A stretch of DNA of 64,000 bases from Thermodesulfobacteriota bacterium (GTDB lineage: Bacteria; Desulfobacterota_D; UBA1144; Nemesobacterales; Mycalebacteriaceae), in contig CBDAQI010000010.1 of assembly GCA_965198945.1 (NCBI GenBank), positions 73,720 to 137,719 on the forward strand, in the 5' to 3' direction. The position numbers were made by a program, and so were the translations under genes. Below are positions 18,449-28,568 of this stretch, one piece after another. The notes below the pieces were generated by a model, which was not told the origin of the DNA, searched no databases, and was given only the letters and a program-made list of their open reading frames with translations. Within the stretch, counting starts at the first letter, position 1; every line of letters starts with the position of its first letter.

Positions 18449-20194
18449 GTGCCTGTGCCCGAATCTATTATTGACTTACTGAATTCTGATCAGAAACCCC
18501 TTGGAGCAGTCGGTTCTCCAAGTGACACTTTTGAAGCAACTGTTGATGTTCTTGAGGTTAGCGAGAAGGAAAAACTTTTGGGTGAATTGGCTTGTTTTTG
18601 TGTAAAAGAAGGCAGTGGTGATGTGTTTGTACTGGGTCAAATAACTGAAATTACAACAGAAAACAGATGGCACCAATAGCCATCCTTTAAAGGTATTATA
18701 AAAAGACATGGCAATCTTCCCAATTTAAGTGGTGTAGCAGATAATCGTATCGCTAGGATAAATGTCCAATCCAGTTTTATGCTGACAAGTAATCAATCAG
18801 AAGCAGAAGCACATAAATTAGCAAATTCTCCTTCAACGGGTGTGCCTGTGAAAAGAGTAAGTAATGAGATCATGCAAAAACTCGTGAGGCAATATGAAGA
18901 ACTTGTTTCTCTTGGAAACTCTTACGATACCGATGTCAGTGTGCCATTTTGGTTCAAACACTTTGGCAAGCCAACTGAAGGGGGAGATGGTGATGCATAT
19001 CATATTGGAGTTTTTGGCCGTACGGGTTCTGGAAAAACTACAACAGCTGCTAACATGATTTTAGGTTATGCTCGCAATAGTTCTCATATGAATATTTTGA
19101 TTCTTGATCCGCAAGAGCAGTTTTACGAAGACAATAATGTGTTGCCAAACGAAGTGAGTTTTAAAGAGCAAATATTAAAAACTGGAATGACTTATGAAAA
19201 ATATAGAGTTCCTGAAGAAGTTGCATTGCCTGATGATGCAAAACTCTTTAGTGAACTTCTATTGAATTATAATTTTATCAAAATTGCTTTCGATATTTTA
19301 ACTGAGCAAAAACTTGAAGAAATGAGAGAAGCTATAGAGAGATATGTTAGCATTCGTATAGATAACGGAAGATTAAAAATCTCTACGAATCCTGAAAAAT
19401 TATACGAGGATTTGCTTAATTATTTTCTTAATGAGAATGAAAATAAAGAAAGAGAACCCTTGAAGCAGGTCTATAGTACAAAACCCAAAATAAATGAGAT
19501 TAAAGAAAATATAAGAAATACAATCTCTTCTAATAAAGGAAAGGAAATCTGGAAAGTGATATGCAGTCTTTTTTCAGAATCCGGGAAAAAACCTCTCAGA
19601 GAGATAGTAAATGAAGTTGTTAGGCAAAATAATTCTCAAAATGGAGAAAATGGCAAGACAATTGTTTTAAACATTTCTGCGAGAGGGGCTCAAAGGGGAA
19701 TGGATGATTTGCATGCATTGTATGTAAAAATCATTGAAGATTCTATTAAAGAAAAGGGAGCGAAACTTTATGCAGATGGGAAAAAAGCAAATTGTCTCGT
19801 TGTATTGGACGAAGCTCATCGCTTTATAAATACGTACAATTATGATCAACAAATCAAAGAATTGACTGCCAGCATTATTGATGCCGTTCGCACAACCAGA
19901 AAGTATGGAATTGGCTATATGTTTATTACTCAAACTATTGAATCACTTCACAGGGAAATTAGAGATCAAATTAGAATATTTGCTTTTGGTTATGGTCTTA
20001 CAAGTGGTACAGAATTCGCGCAAATTAAGAATATAATCAACGACGAATCAGGAGCAAAGTTTTATCGTTCTTTTATAGATCCATCAAGTAATAAAAAGTT
20101 TCCGTTCATGTTTTATGGACCTATTTCTCCTCTTTCATTTACAGGTGCGCCTCTTTTCTTAGAAATGAATGGCCAAATTATTGATTTTCCATAA
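18449..20194 (+). pseudogene. herA: HerA/DUF87 ATPase (581 codons) interrupted by one in-frame TAG at 18677-18679
   Basis: ORFs 18449..18679 and 18779..20194 share a frame, with 33 open codons between them. HAS-barrel-like N-terminus, Walker A GRTGSGKT, ILDPQ, Walker B VVLDEAHRF, RKYG and ITQ. Confidence 0.85.
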
Positions 20195-20419
20195 ATTTTT
20201 CCTGCATGTCATGTTATTGTCCAGTTTTCTCAATTGCACCTTTTGATTTTCTCCATCTTTTGTTTATAGTCCTTAAATCTCGAAGTGATCTGATAATTTT
20301 CGTATTAGGCAATCGTTCTTTTGTCTCAAACTGCGTTTCTTTATTACCTCAACTATAAAGTGAATTGAGAAAATATTTTCTGAAAGTTTTTTACTTGTGA
20401 AATTAAAATTTCTTCAATC

Positions 20420-21221
20420 TCACAAAATAACCGTCTTTTCCCCGTCAATAAATATGCGGTGCTCAATGTGATATTTGACGGCTTTGGCAAGCGCCTCGCA
20501 TTCATTTTCCATTCCGGTTTGCTTGAGGTCTTCGGGGGTCTGGTTATGATCAACGCGGGTTGTTTTTTGTTCAATGATCGGGCCTTCGTCCAGATTTTTT
20601 GTCACATAGTGCGCCGTTGCGCCGATAAGTTTCACTCCGTGTTTGTGCGCCTGATGGTAGGGTCTTGCGCCTTTGAACGCGGGCAGAAATGAGTGGTGGA
20701 TATTTATGCACCTGCCCTGCAACTCACCGGCGAGTTCGGGAGACAAGACCTGCATGTAACGGGCAAGCACAACAAGCTCCGTTCCGGTTTCCCCGATAAT
20801 TTCCAACAATTCTTTCTCCCGTTTTTTTCGTGTCGCCGGGCTGACGGGCAGATGAATAAAACGGACGCCTTCGTTTTCGGCATCCGGTTTTTCTGCGGTA
20901 AAACAGGTCTTGCAGGCAGTGCCCGTCTTTTGAGACCATAATTAAAACCCTGAACGGTTTTTGCGGGTCATGAATCTCCCATTTCATTCCGAATTTGTCC
21001 GCGACCCGGGGAAATTTCCGGCGGATTTCACCAATTTTTTGTTTTTCAGGATGAGTCCGGAACTCGGTTCTCATAAAAAATTTGCGGTTTGACTCGTCAT
21101 CAAACTGCTGCAGTGACAGAAGATAGCAGCCGTTTTCAGAAAGAAACGAGGTTATTGCGGCGACTATACCGCTTCCCGCCGGGCAGACAACGGTCAGGAT
21201 AAAATTTCCTTCTTCCTTCAA
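20420..21221 (-). pseudogene. purU: Formyltetrahydrofolate deformylase PurU with an out-of-frame internal deletion near 20882
   Basis: ACT domain and MVSK..HCL.DL in one frame; LVVLARYMQ, INIHHSFLPAFKGA.PYHQA, GATAHYVT and LDEGPII in another. The SNH segment is absent. TTG 21221 overlaps the upstream stop. Confidence 0.85.
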
Positions 21222-21973
21222 GTTTGCACGCTTCTCTGTATCGCCCCTCTTATCTCCGCCCATTTTGCGTTTAGAAATCTCAAGTCAGATTCCGCTTTTT
21301 CAAAATCGCCTTTTTCAATGCCGCTTATAATTCTTTTCAAATCGCCCACTGAATTTTCGTTTTTCATTGAATCCTGAGTTATGAAAGAGCATATTTCACC
21401 GTAGTTGAGAACAATTTCCCCGTCCGAGTCAAAACCGCGCAGCCAGCTGTTCATTTCGCTCAGTTTCCTGGGAAGATCTTTCAGTTTGGCAAATTCGGGA
21501 TATTTGGAAACTATGTCCCCCGTTTTTTCCAGAACTTTTTCCGCTGTCCTGATTCTCTCCATGGCGGTTCCTATGTTTTCCGGATAGAAAATTGAATCAT
21601 GGTGAACGGCACCGAAACCCGCGTGTGTATAGAAAAAGTCGCGTTTTTCCTCATCAAATGCAATCAGCCACTCAAACGGAATGAAATCTTCGGAGGAAAC
21701 TATGTTGAAACTTGACCGGTCTCTCAGCCTGCAGACAAAATAACGCCCGTCCTTTTTTGAAAAAAAACAGTCTCTTATTTCATTTGCTCCGATATCAAGA
21801 TAGTTTGCAAGGGAGTTTCTGAATTCATCATATTCGGCTCCGCCCCATGTTGATTTGGGAGAGGCCGGTCTGTCCCAGAATTTTTCGTAAAATCTTATGT
21901 ATTCCCTCCAGTATTCATTGCCTCCCGGCACCGAATCAATCGTTTCATAAACCATCAGAGCGCACTGTGCCAT
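21218..21973 (-). CDS. Hypothetical protein (251 aa)
   Basis: Long ORF in operon with aroE (2-nt gap) with host-like codon use; no family recognised. Confidence 0.7.
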   Translation of the reverse strand: MAQCALMVYETIDSVPGGNEYWREYIRFYEKFWDRPASPKSTWGGAEYDEFRNSLANYLDIGANEIRDCFFSKKDGRYFVCRLRDRSSFNIVSSEDFIPFEWLIAFDEEKRDFFYTHAGFGAVHHDSIFYPENIGTAMERIRTAEKVLEKTGDIVSKYPEFAKLKDLPRKLSEMNSWLRGFDSDGEIVLNYGEICSFITQDSMKNENSVGDLKRIISGIEKGDFEKAESDLRFLNAKWAEIRGAIQRSVQT

Positions 21974-21975
21974 TT

Positions 21976-22821
21976 CTAAAATTCCTCCAGGGCTTTTTTC
22001 ATCACTTCAATCGGCGCTTCCCTGTCCGTCCAAATCTCAAAAGATTTTACACCCTGATAAAGAAGCATGCCGATTCCCGAATCAGCGTTTATTCCAAGCT
22101 CCCGCGCCTTTCTCACAAGCGGTGTCAGAGCGGGTTTGTAGACAAGGTCATAAACGCCGAATTTTCCGCCGAATTTTTCAAGCGGCAGGTCAAGCGGCGG
22201 ATTCTCTCCCATTCCGGCCGATGAACAGTTTATGATTATATCAACCCCTCCCGTAAATTCTTCAATTTTACCGCCGCCCAGTCCGCAACTCTCAATTTCA
22301 ATTTTAGGAAATTTTTCAGAAAATTCCCACACGAGTTTTTGCGCTTTCCCGGGCGTTCTGTTAGCGATAAAAATTCCCTTCGCTTTTCTCATGCAAAGTC
22401 CCGAAACAAGAGCCCTCGCCGAGCCGCCCGCGCCCGTGATGAGAGCGGATTTGCCCTGCGGCGTAAACCCCATTGCCACTTCAAGCGCTTTGAGGGCGCC
22501 TTCAATGTCGGTGTTGTATCCTGACAGATGTCCGTCATCATTTTTTACCGTGTTCACCGCACCCGCGAGTTCGGCCTCCGGAGAAAGAAAATCCATCTCA
22601 GGCATAATCGCCCGCTTGTGCGGAACGGTTACATTTACTCCGCGCAGGGGCAGAGAGCGCACCGCTTCAACCGCCTCCGCGATCTCATCGGGAGCAATGT
22701 CATATGGGTCATAGCGGCAGTTCATTCCAAGAGAGGCAAACGCCGCGTTGTGCATGTCGGGCGAGCGGCTCTGGCTCACCGGATGGCCGAATATGCCGAA
22801 CAGTGTGGTCTCCTCGCTCAC
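21976..22821 (-). CDS. aroE: Shikimate dehydrogenase
   Basis: S.SP.MHN, NVTVPHK, GAVNT, GYNTD, GAGGSA, YDLVY.P and GMLLYQG motifs. Confidence 0.96.
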   Translation of the reverse strand: MSEETTLFGIFGHPVSQSRSPDMHNAAFASLGMNCRYDPYDIAPDEIAEAVEAVRSLPLRGVNVTVPHKRAIMPEMDFLSPEAELAGAVNTVKNDDGHLSGYNTDIEGALKALEVAMGFTPQGKSALITGAGGSARALVSGLCMRKAKGIFIANRTPGKAQKLVWEFSEKFPKIEIESCGLGGGKIEEFTGGVDIIINCSSAGMGENPPLDLPLEKFGGKFGVYDLVYKPALTPLVRKARELGINADSGIGMLLYQGVKSFEIWTDREAPIEVMKKALEEF

Positions 22822-23756
22822 GGTTGTTGCTCCGCGCCGTTTTTCTCAATAATTGAGCGGACACGCCCTATGTCTTTTCCTATCTGCTCTGAAAGCTCAG
22901 CCGCGGAGGCGAATTTTTTTTCATCCCTGACCCTTTCCACAAACTCAATGTTCGTTTCCCGTCCGTAGAAATCACCCTTTATATCAATCAAATGGCTTTC
23001 AATCACCGTTTTATCCCCCCCGAAAGTGGGCCTGATTCCGATGTTGGTTATGCTCCCGCACCGTCCCTCGCCGCTGACCTCCGTAAAGGTTGCGTAAACG
23101 CCGGGTTTGGGCAGAATTTCCCACTGTGTTTTGAGGTTTAGGGTCGGAAACCCTATTTCCCTGCCTCGTTTTTCACCCTCTTCCACAACACCCCTTATGT
23201 GGTAGCGGTATCCGAGAAATTCAGACGCCTCCGCCACCCGGCCTTCAAGAACCAATTCCCTTATCCGGCTGCTGCTGACCCTTTCGTATCCGACTCGCGC
23301 GGGCTCAAGAACAACCGTCTCAAAACCGTATTTTACGCCCAGTTTTTTCAGCATATCAACATTGCCGCTTCTGTTTCTGCCAAACCCGAACCTCGGTCCC
23401 ACAACCATGCTTTTCACTCCGGCTTTTTCCACCATGATTTCCCTTATGAAGCTTTCCGGAGACATGAGCGACAAACTTTTACAAAACTCAAGGCGCACCG
23501 CGATTTCAATGCCGCTTTTTTCAAGCAGTTTCAACCTTTCCTCAAAAGGCACGAGCAAATGGGCGGTTTTGCTCCTGAGAAATTTCTGCGGATGAGGGTC
23601 AAAAGTTATCACGCATGACTTTACCCCATATTGCCGCGCCTTGTCTTTGAGTGTGGCAATGATTTTCCCGTGTCCCAGGTGGACTCCGTCAAAATTGCCG
23701 AGCGCACAGGCGGTTCTCAACTCCGGTGTTGCGGAAAAGCCGTTAAAAAAATCCAA
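22818..23756 (-). CDS. ribF: Bifunctional riboflavin kinase/FAD synthetase
   Basis: GNFDGVHLGH, SSSRIR, GREIGFPTLN, NIGIRPTF and ESH motifs. Confidence 0.97.
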   Translation of the reverse strand: MDFFNGFSATPELRTACALGNFDGVHLGHGKIIATLKDKARQYGVKSCVITFDPHPQKFLRSKTAHLLVPFEERLKLLEKSGIEIAVRLEFCKSLSLMSPESFIREIMVEKAGVKSMVVGPRFGFGRNRSGNVDMLKKLGVKYGFETVVLEPARVGYERVSSSRIRELVLEGRVAEASEFLGYRYHIRGVVEEGEKRGREIGFPTLNLKTQWEILPKPGVYATFTEVSGEGRCGSITNIGIRPTFGGDKTVIESHLIDIKGDFYGRETNIEFVERVRDEKKFASAAELSEQIGKDIGRVRSIIEKNGAEQQP

Positions 23757-23758
23757 TT

Positions 23759-25216
23759 CTATTTTCTCCAGAAATCGGGAATGAAAAGCACAAGTATGGT
23801 ATAAAGCTCAAGTCTGCCGGTTATCATCAGTAAAGACAGAACCCCTTTCGTGGGATATGAAAGAGCGGCGTAGTTTTCCGCCGGGCCCACGGAGTCAAAC
23901 CCCGGGCCCACATTCCCTATTGTGGCGACCGATGCCGAAAAGGCGGTTAGCAGACTGGTATCTTCAAAAACGGTGATAAGAGCGGCTCCGGCGGCGGCTA
24001 TGGCCGCATAGAGAATCAGAAAGCCCGTTATGTTTGAAACCACGGAGTGGTCAATTTTTTTGCCGTCAAAGCGCACGGGAGAGACAATGTTGGGATAGAC
24101 CAGTTTTCTCAGATCCTGATAGCATTTGCCCGCCGTTACGATAATTCTTGACTGCTTTACGGCCCCTGAAGTGGAGCCCGAACACCCTCCGGCTATCATG
24201 AGAACCATAAGCACAATGATTGACAGCGCGGGCCATGAATTGAAGTCGGTTGAGCTATAGCCGGTCGTCGTTGACAGTGAAACAACCTGAAAAGCCGCGT
24301 ATCTGAAAGATTCGGAAAAACTTCCGAATGTGCCCGAACCCGCGAGATTGAATGACACTATCAGGATTGTCGCAACCGTGACAAAAAAATAAAACTTGAG
24401 CTCGCCTCCTTTTATGGAGTCCCGGAATCTTCCCTTCATAAGCGAATAGTGGATGACAAAGTTTATTCCGGCAAGAAACATGAAAAGTGTAATGACACCC
24501 TCAATAAGAGGACTTCCGTAATGTCCTATGCTTGCGTTGTGGGTTGAGAAACCGCCGGTTGACATTGTGCTGAAAGAGTGGGCGATTGCGTCAAAAACGG
24601 TCATTCCCGAAAAAACCAGCAGAAACGCAAGCAAAACCGAAAGAGCCACGTATACAAGCCAGATGTTTTTTGCCGTCTCCGCTATTCTCGGTGTGAGGCG
24701 CTCGGTGGAAGGCCCGGGCGCCTCAAGCGCCATAAGACGGCCGCCTCCGATTGAGAGTCTCGGCAGAACGGCAATTGCCAGAACCACGATTCCCATTCCT
24801 CCGAGCCACTGGCTGAAATTTCTCCACAGAAGTATTCCGTGCGGCAGGGCTTCAATGTTGGTGATAACGCTTGCTCCCGTTGTTGTAAATCCCGCCGTTG
24901 CTTCAAACAGCGCGTCAACCGGATTTGTAAAGACGCCGTAGAACATATACGGAAGACTTCCGAGCAGGCTTGCGGAGATCCAGAAAAAAGACGCGATGAG
25001 GAAACCGTCTCTCCTTTCTATTTCGTCGGTTTTTTCGGCTCCGCGAGTCACTCTTGCAAGCACAAAACCCAGAACAATGCTGATTGCGGCCGAGACGCCG
25101 AGCGCGGTTATGTCATCTTCTCCGTAAATTGCCGAGCAGGCGGTGGGAATAAGCATCAGCAGTCCCAGAATTTTAATAAAACTGCCGAGTATGTTGAGGC
25201 AGAATCTTAAATTCAC
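23759..25216 (-). CDS. trkH: Trk K+ uptake membrane subunit
   Basis: Pore motifs FTTTGA, STGGF, TTTGY and NVGPG; QWLGGMG; GRLE. Confidence 0.96.
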   Translation of the reverse strand: MNLRFCLNILGSFIKILGLLMLIPTACSAIYGEDDITALGVSAAISIVLGFVLARVTRGAEKTDEIERRDGFLIASFFWISASLLGSLPYMFYGVFTNPVDALFEATAGFTTTGASVITNIEALPHGILLWRNFSQWLGGMGIVVLAIAVLPRLSIGGGRLMALEAPGPSTERLTPRIAETAKNIWLVYVALSVLLAFLLVFSGMTVFDAIAHSFSTMSTGGFSTHNASIGHYGSPLIEGVITLFMFLAGINFVIHYSLMKGRFRDSIKGGELKFYFFVTVATILIVSFNLAGSGTFGSFSESFRYAAFQVVSLSTTTGYSSTDFNSWPALSIIVLMVLMIAGGCSGSTSGAVKQSRIIVTAGKCYQDLRKLVYPNIVSPVRFDGKKIDHSVVSNITGFLILYAAIAAAGAALITVFEDTSLLTAFSASVATIGNVGPGFDSVGPAENYAALSYPTKGVLSLLMITGRLELYTILVLFIPDFWRK

Positions 25217-26551
25217 TTATGAAATCGCCTTCTCAACTTTTTTTATCGCTTCGGGAAGGGTGAAAACTATTATTCTGTCGTTTATCTGCGGGGTAAAATT
25301 GCCCTGCGGTATTATTGTCTCGTTGTTTCGTATGCACGCCCCCACTATGCAGCCTTCGGGAAGTTTCGCGTTTTTAAGCGCGGTTCCGAGTATCTGTGAA
25401 TCCTTCTCCACGACAAACTCCATTATCTCTCCGCGTCCTTCTTCAAGAAGCATGGTTTTTGCGGCTCCCCCGCCGAGGTCAAGCATTGACAGAATTTCAT
25501 TCACAACCGATATGCGCACACTCACTGCCGTGTCAATCCCTATGGTTTCAAGAACGTCCACATAATCCGGTTTTGTATACAAAACTATGGTTCTTTTGAC
25601 TCCCAGTCTGCGTGCGAGGAGAGAGCCCAGAATATTTTCCCCGTCATCGCCGGTGAGCGCTATGAGATAGTCCGCCGCCTCCACTCCGGCTTCCTTCTGA
25701 ATTACGGCGTCCGTTGCGTCTCCGCCGAGCACCATGATTCCCGGCACCTCGTCCGCGAGTTCCGCGGCGATTTGCGGGCTGCTCTCTATGACTTTCACAC
25801 CCACTCCGTGTTTGTGGAGCATTGAGGCGGTCAGCCGGCCGAGCCTTCCCGCGCCTATGATTATTACGCTCTTTGTATGTTTTTCCTCCTCAAGCTCCAT
25901 AGCCTCGGTCAGATTTTCAATCATGGAAATATCTCCCAGAGCGTAAACACTGTCTCCCGGCATAAGAACCGTCTCCCCCGAAGGGATGAGCATTTCTCCC
26001 TCGCGCGCCACTCCCACAAATATCCATGGAGAGATTTCAAGTCTTTTCAGAGGCGTTTCAACAATCGCGCCTTTTTCCCCGACTCTGAACTTGAACAGGT
26101 CTATTTTCCCGTCCGCAATTTTCCGGTTGCTCCACGAGAAATGAGACTCGGTTACGGCCGCGAGGATGTTTTTTGATATGATTTCCCCGGGATTGACTAT
26201 GAAGACTCCTTCCTGTTTAAGCATTTCAGAGTATCTTATGTATTCGGGTTTTCTGACTTTTGCGACAGTCGTTTCAACGCCAAGCAGGTTTGCCGCCACA
26301 GCGCACATTATGTTTGTTTTGTCATCGCCGGAAACGGCAAGAACAATGTCAGACTCGCCCATTGCGGCCTGTTCAATAACGGCCGGCTCACTTGCGTCTC
26401 CCTCAACGCACATAATGTCCATCCGGTCTTTAATGTGTTTGACTTTTTCGTGATCGCATTCAATAAGAACGATGTCATGCCCCTGCTGGGAGAGATCCTC
26501 GGCAATCAGCGTTCCCACCTGTCCCGCTCCGATTATGGTTATTTTTTTCAT
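25217..26551 (-). CDS. trkA: Trk K+ uptake regulatory subunit (two RCK-N/RCK-C pairs)
   Basis: Two Rossmann motifs (IIGAGQVG, IIGAGRLG); adjacent to trkH. Confidence 0.94.
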   Translation of the reverse strand: MKKITIIGAGQVGTLIAEDLSQQGHDIVLIECDHEKVKHIKDRMDIMCVEGDASEPAVIEQAAMGESDIVLAVSGDDKTNIMCAVAANLLGVETTVAKVRKPEYIRYSEMLKQEGVFIVNPGEIISKNILAAVTESHFSWSNRKIADGKIDLFKFRVGEKGAIVETPLKRLEISPWIFVGVAREGEMLIPSGETVLMPGDSVYALGDISMIENLTEAMELEEEKHTKSVIIIGAGRLGRLTASMLHKHGVGVKVIESSPQIAAELADEVPGIMVLGGDATDAVIQKEAGVEAADYLIALTGDDGENILGSLLARRLGVKRTIVLYTKPDYVDVLETIGIDTAVSVRISVVNEILSMLDLGGGAAKTMLLEEGRGEIMEFVVEKDSQILGTALKNAKLPEGCIVGACIRNNETIIPQGNFTPQINDRIIVFTLPEAIKKVEKAIS

Positions 26552-26578
26552 CTCCGCCCCTTGCGCGCACGAACAGTA

Positions 26579-28306
26579 TTATATCCGCCTGATGTCTATC
26601 ATCCTGAGCGTAAAAGTTTCTCTGTTATTCCACATTCCAATCTCCGGTGTGAAAACTATGTCCGCCTCACCGACGGGGTCGCGCGCCTCATCCTTGCCGG
26701 CGGCGTTCCACCACATCGCCTCAAGCGGGGCCTCTCCGTCTCCCGCGTCCACAAAAAGTTTGATATGAGCGTCTTTTATGACGCTGTATGAAACTATTCT
26801 GGCGCGTTCAAGCAGCAGAACCGGTCTGGGGTTTTGGCTTCCGAACGGCTCAAGGATTTCCATCTGCTTTGTCGTCTCTATTGTCAAATCTTCAAGGGCT
26901 ATGCGTGTGTCTATGTGAAAGTTTTTCCGGGACTTTTCGCTTTCCGGTATTGGCAAAGTTTTTATGTGGCGGTTGGCGGCTTCGCGGAACTCTCCTATCT
27001 GTGGTTTCATAACGGTTATTCCCGCGGCCATTGCGTGTCCGCCGTAACGTTCAAGCGTGTTTCCGCAGTTTTTCAGCACTTCATGAAGGTTGATTTCCGG
27101 AACGGTTCTGCCGGAGCCTTTTCCGGTTCCGTTTTCATCCAGAGCTATTGCAAACGCGGGTTTTGAGTATCTTTCAACAAGCCGCGAGGCAAGAGGCCCT
27201 ATGATTCCCGGATGCCAGTTTTCAGAAGACACCACCACGCATTCCGCTCCGGCGCCGTCCGGATTTTGCTCTATCATTGAGATAGCTTCTTCGGTGGCTT
27301 TACGCTCGAGACGCTGCCGGTTTCTATTCTGTTCGTCCAGCCTGCCCGCCATGTCACGCGCCTGTTCAGGGTTTTCCGACAGAAGAAGCTCCACGGCCTC
27401 TTCCGGTCCGCCGATTCTTCCCGCCGCGTTTATCCGTGGGCCGATTCTGTATCCGATGTCGTCCGAATTGAGCCCGCCGTTTATTCTGCTCACTTTCTTG
27501 AGAGCTTCTATTCCGGGCCTTTTTGAAGACTTCATTCTCTTAATTCCCTCTTTGACCATAATCCTGTTTGTCCCCGAAAGCGGGACTCTGTCGGTAATCG
27601 TGCCGATTGCGACCAGATCAAGATATTGGGCCATGTTCGGTTCTTCTCTCCTGTCAAAGAAGCCGTTTTCTCTCAGGCGCGCTCTCACCGCGAGCGCAAG
27701 ATTGAAAGCCACTCCAACGCCCGCGATGTTTTTTTCCGGATAGCCGCATTGAGGCAGTTTCGGGTTCACCACCGCGAACGCATCCGGGATTTTTTCTCCG
27801 GGCAGGTGATGGTCGGTGACTATAAAATCTATTCCCAGCCCTTTCGCGGCCTCCACTTCAGAGTCCGCCGTTATACCGCAGTCGGTTGATATGATAAGGG
27901 TCGCGCCGCGCCGCCCAAGCTCCTCAACGGCGCGGCCGTTTATTCCGTATCCGTCTCTGACTCTGTGCGGGGCGAAATAGATGGTGTCAATGTCAAGCGA
28001 TCTTAAAAACCCGCACAAAAGCGATGTGGAAGTTATTCCGTCCGCGTCATAGTCTCCGTAGACCGCTATTGTTTCAGCTTCCCGGGCGGCTTTTTCTATT
28101 CTTGAGACCGCGTTTTCCATTCCCGCCATAAGAAACGGGTTCGGCAGCTTTCTGATGTCGCTTTCAAAAAATTTCGCCGCCTCTTCGCGGGTTTCTATCC
28201 CCCGGTTTATGAGCAGCTGCGCCACAAGCGGAGAAACTCCGGCCTCAAGCGCGAGTTCGGTGCTGCGTTCGGGAAACTGATCTTTTATCAGCCAGTTTGG
28301 TTTCAT
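26579..28306 (-). CDS. recJ: ssDNA-specific exonuclease RecJ
   Basis: GDYDADG, DCG, TDHH, GPRINAAGR, GSGR, GGH.MAAG and LEPFG motifs. Start ATG 28306 follows AGGAG. Confidence 0.97.
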   Translation of the reverse strand: MKPNWLIKDQFPERSTELALEAGVSPLVAQLLINRGIETREEAAKFFESDIRKLPNPFLMAGMENAVSRIEKAAREAETIAVYGDYDADGITSTSLLCGFLRSLDIDTIYFAPHRVRDGYGINGRAVEELGRRGATLIISTDCGITADSEVEAAKGLGIDFIVTDHHLPGEKIPDAFAVVNPKLPQCGYPEKNIAGVGVAFNLALAVRARLRENGFFDRREEPNMAQYLDLVAIGTITDRVPLSGTNRIMVKEGIKRMKSSKRPGIEALKKVSRINGGLNSDDIGYRIGPRINAAGRIGGPEEAVELLLSENPEQARDMAGRLDEQNRNRQRLERKATEEAISMIEQNPDGAGAECVVVSSENWHPGIIGPLASRLVERYSKPAFAIALDENGTGKGSGRTVPEINLHEVLKNCGNTLERYGGHAMAAGITVMKPQIGEFREAANRHIKTLPIPESEKSRKNFHIDTRIALEDLTIETTKQMEILEPFGSQNPRPVLLLERARIVSYSVIKDAHIKLFVDAGDGEAPLEAMWWNAAGKDEARDPVGEADIVFTPEIGMWNNRETFTLRMIDIRRI

Positions 28307-28322
28307 TTTGAATCTCCTGAAA

Positions 28323-28568
28323 TCATCGGGCAAAGGTAATGATTATGGTTTCGCGCGTCCAGAACAGAAAGAGGCGCTTTTTCTCAATCACTTGAAACAC
28401 AACTTGCCAACCCCCGCCCGCATGTCTGTTCAACTCTTCCTCAACCCTTTTAATCGGCAAGCCCGATGAGCCAAGCACAACCGTTCCCAGTATTCCTTCC
28501 GATATGGAGATGACTTTGTATTCCGAGTATGAGGTTTTTTCATTTGGCGGCATTTTCTCAATTCTCAA
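28323..28568 (-). CDS. DUF4177-family small protein
   Basis: EYKV ... EEELN....GWQVV pattern. Start may be ATG 28553. Confidence 0.75.
   Translation of the reverse strand: MRIEKMPPNEKTSYSEYKVISISEGILGTVVLGSSGLPIKRVEEELNRHAGGGWQVVFQVIEKKRLFLFWTRETIIITFAR

Larger units (their letters stand above)
16048..20419. other. AT-rich accessory islet (putative horizontally acquired defence locus)
   Basis: Two hand-counted 60-nt lines gave 30% and 40% GC, against about 50% in the flanks; codons are AT-ending. No integrase, tRNA or flanking direct repeat seen. Confidence 0.8.

Noticed and set aside
16095..20194. Calling the islet a Druantia system or an archaeal-type DSB repair operon
   Set aside because: No DruE helicase or druB-D, and no mre11/rad50, in the window.
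20214..20345. Short minus-strand frame (ETQFETKERLPNTKIIRSLRD...) faintly like a RelB/DinJ C-terminus
   Set aside because: About 40 codons with no convincing start and only a three- to four-residue resemblance.
16048..20419. Prophage, IS or integrative-element boundaries for the islet
   Set aside because: No integrase or transposase, adjacent tRNA, terminal inverted repeats or target duplication found by eye.
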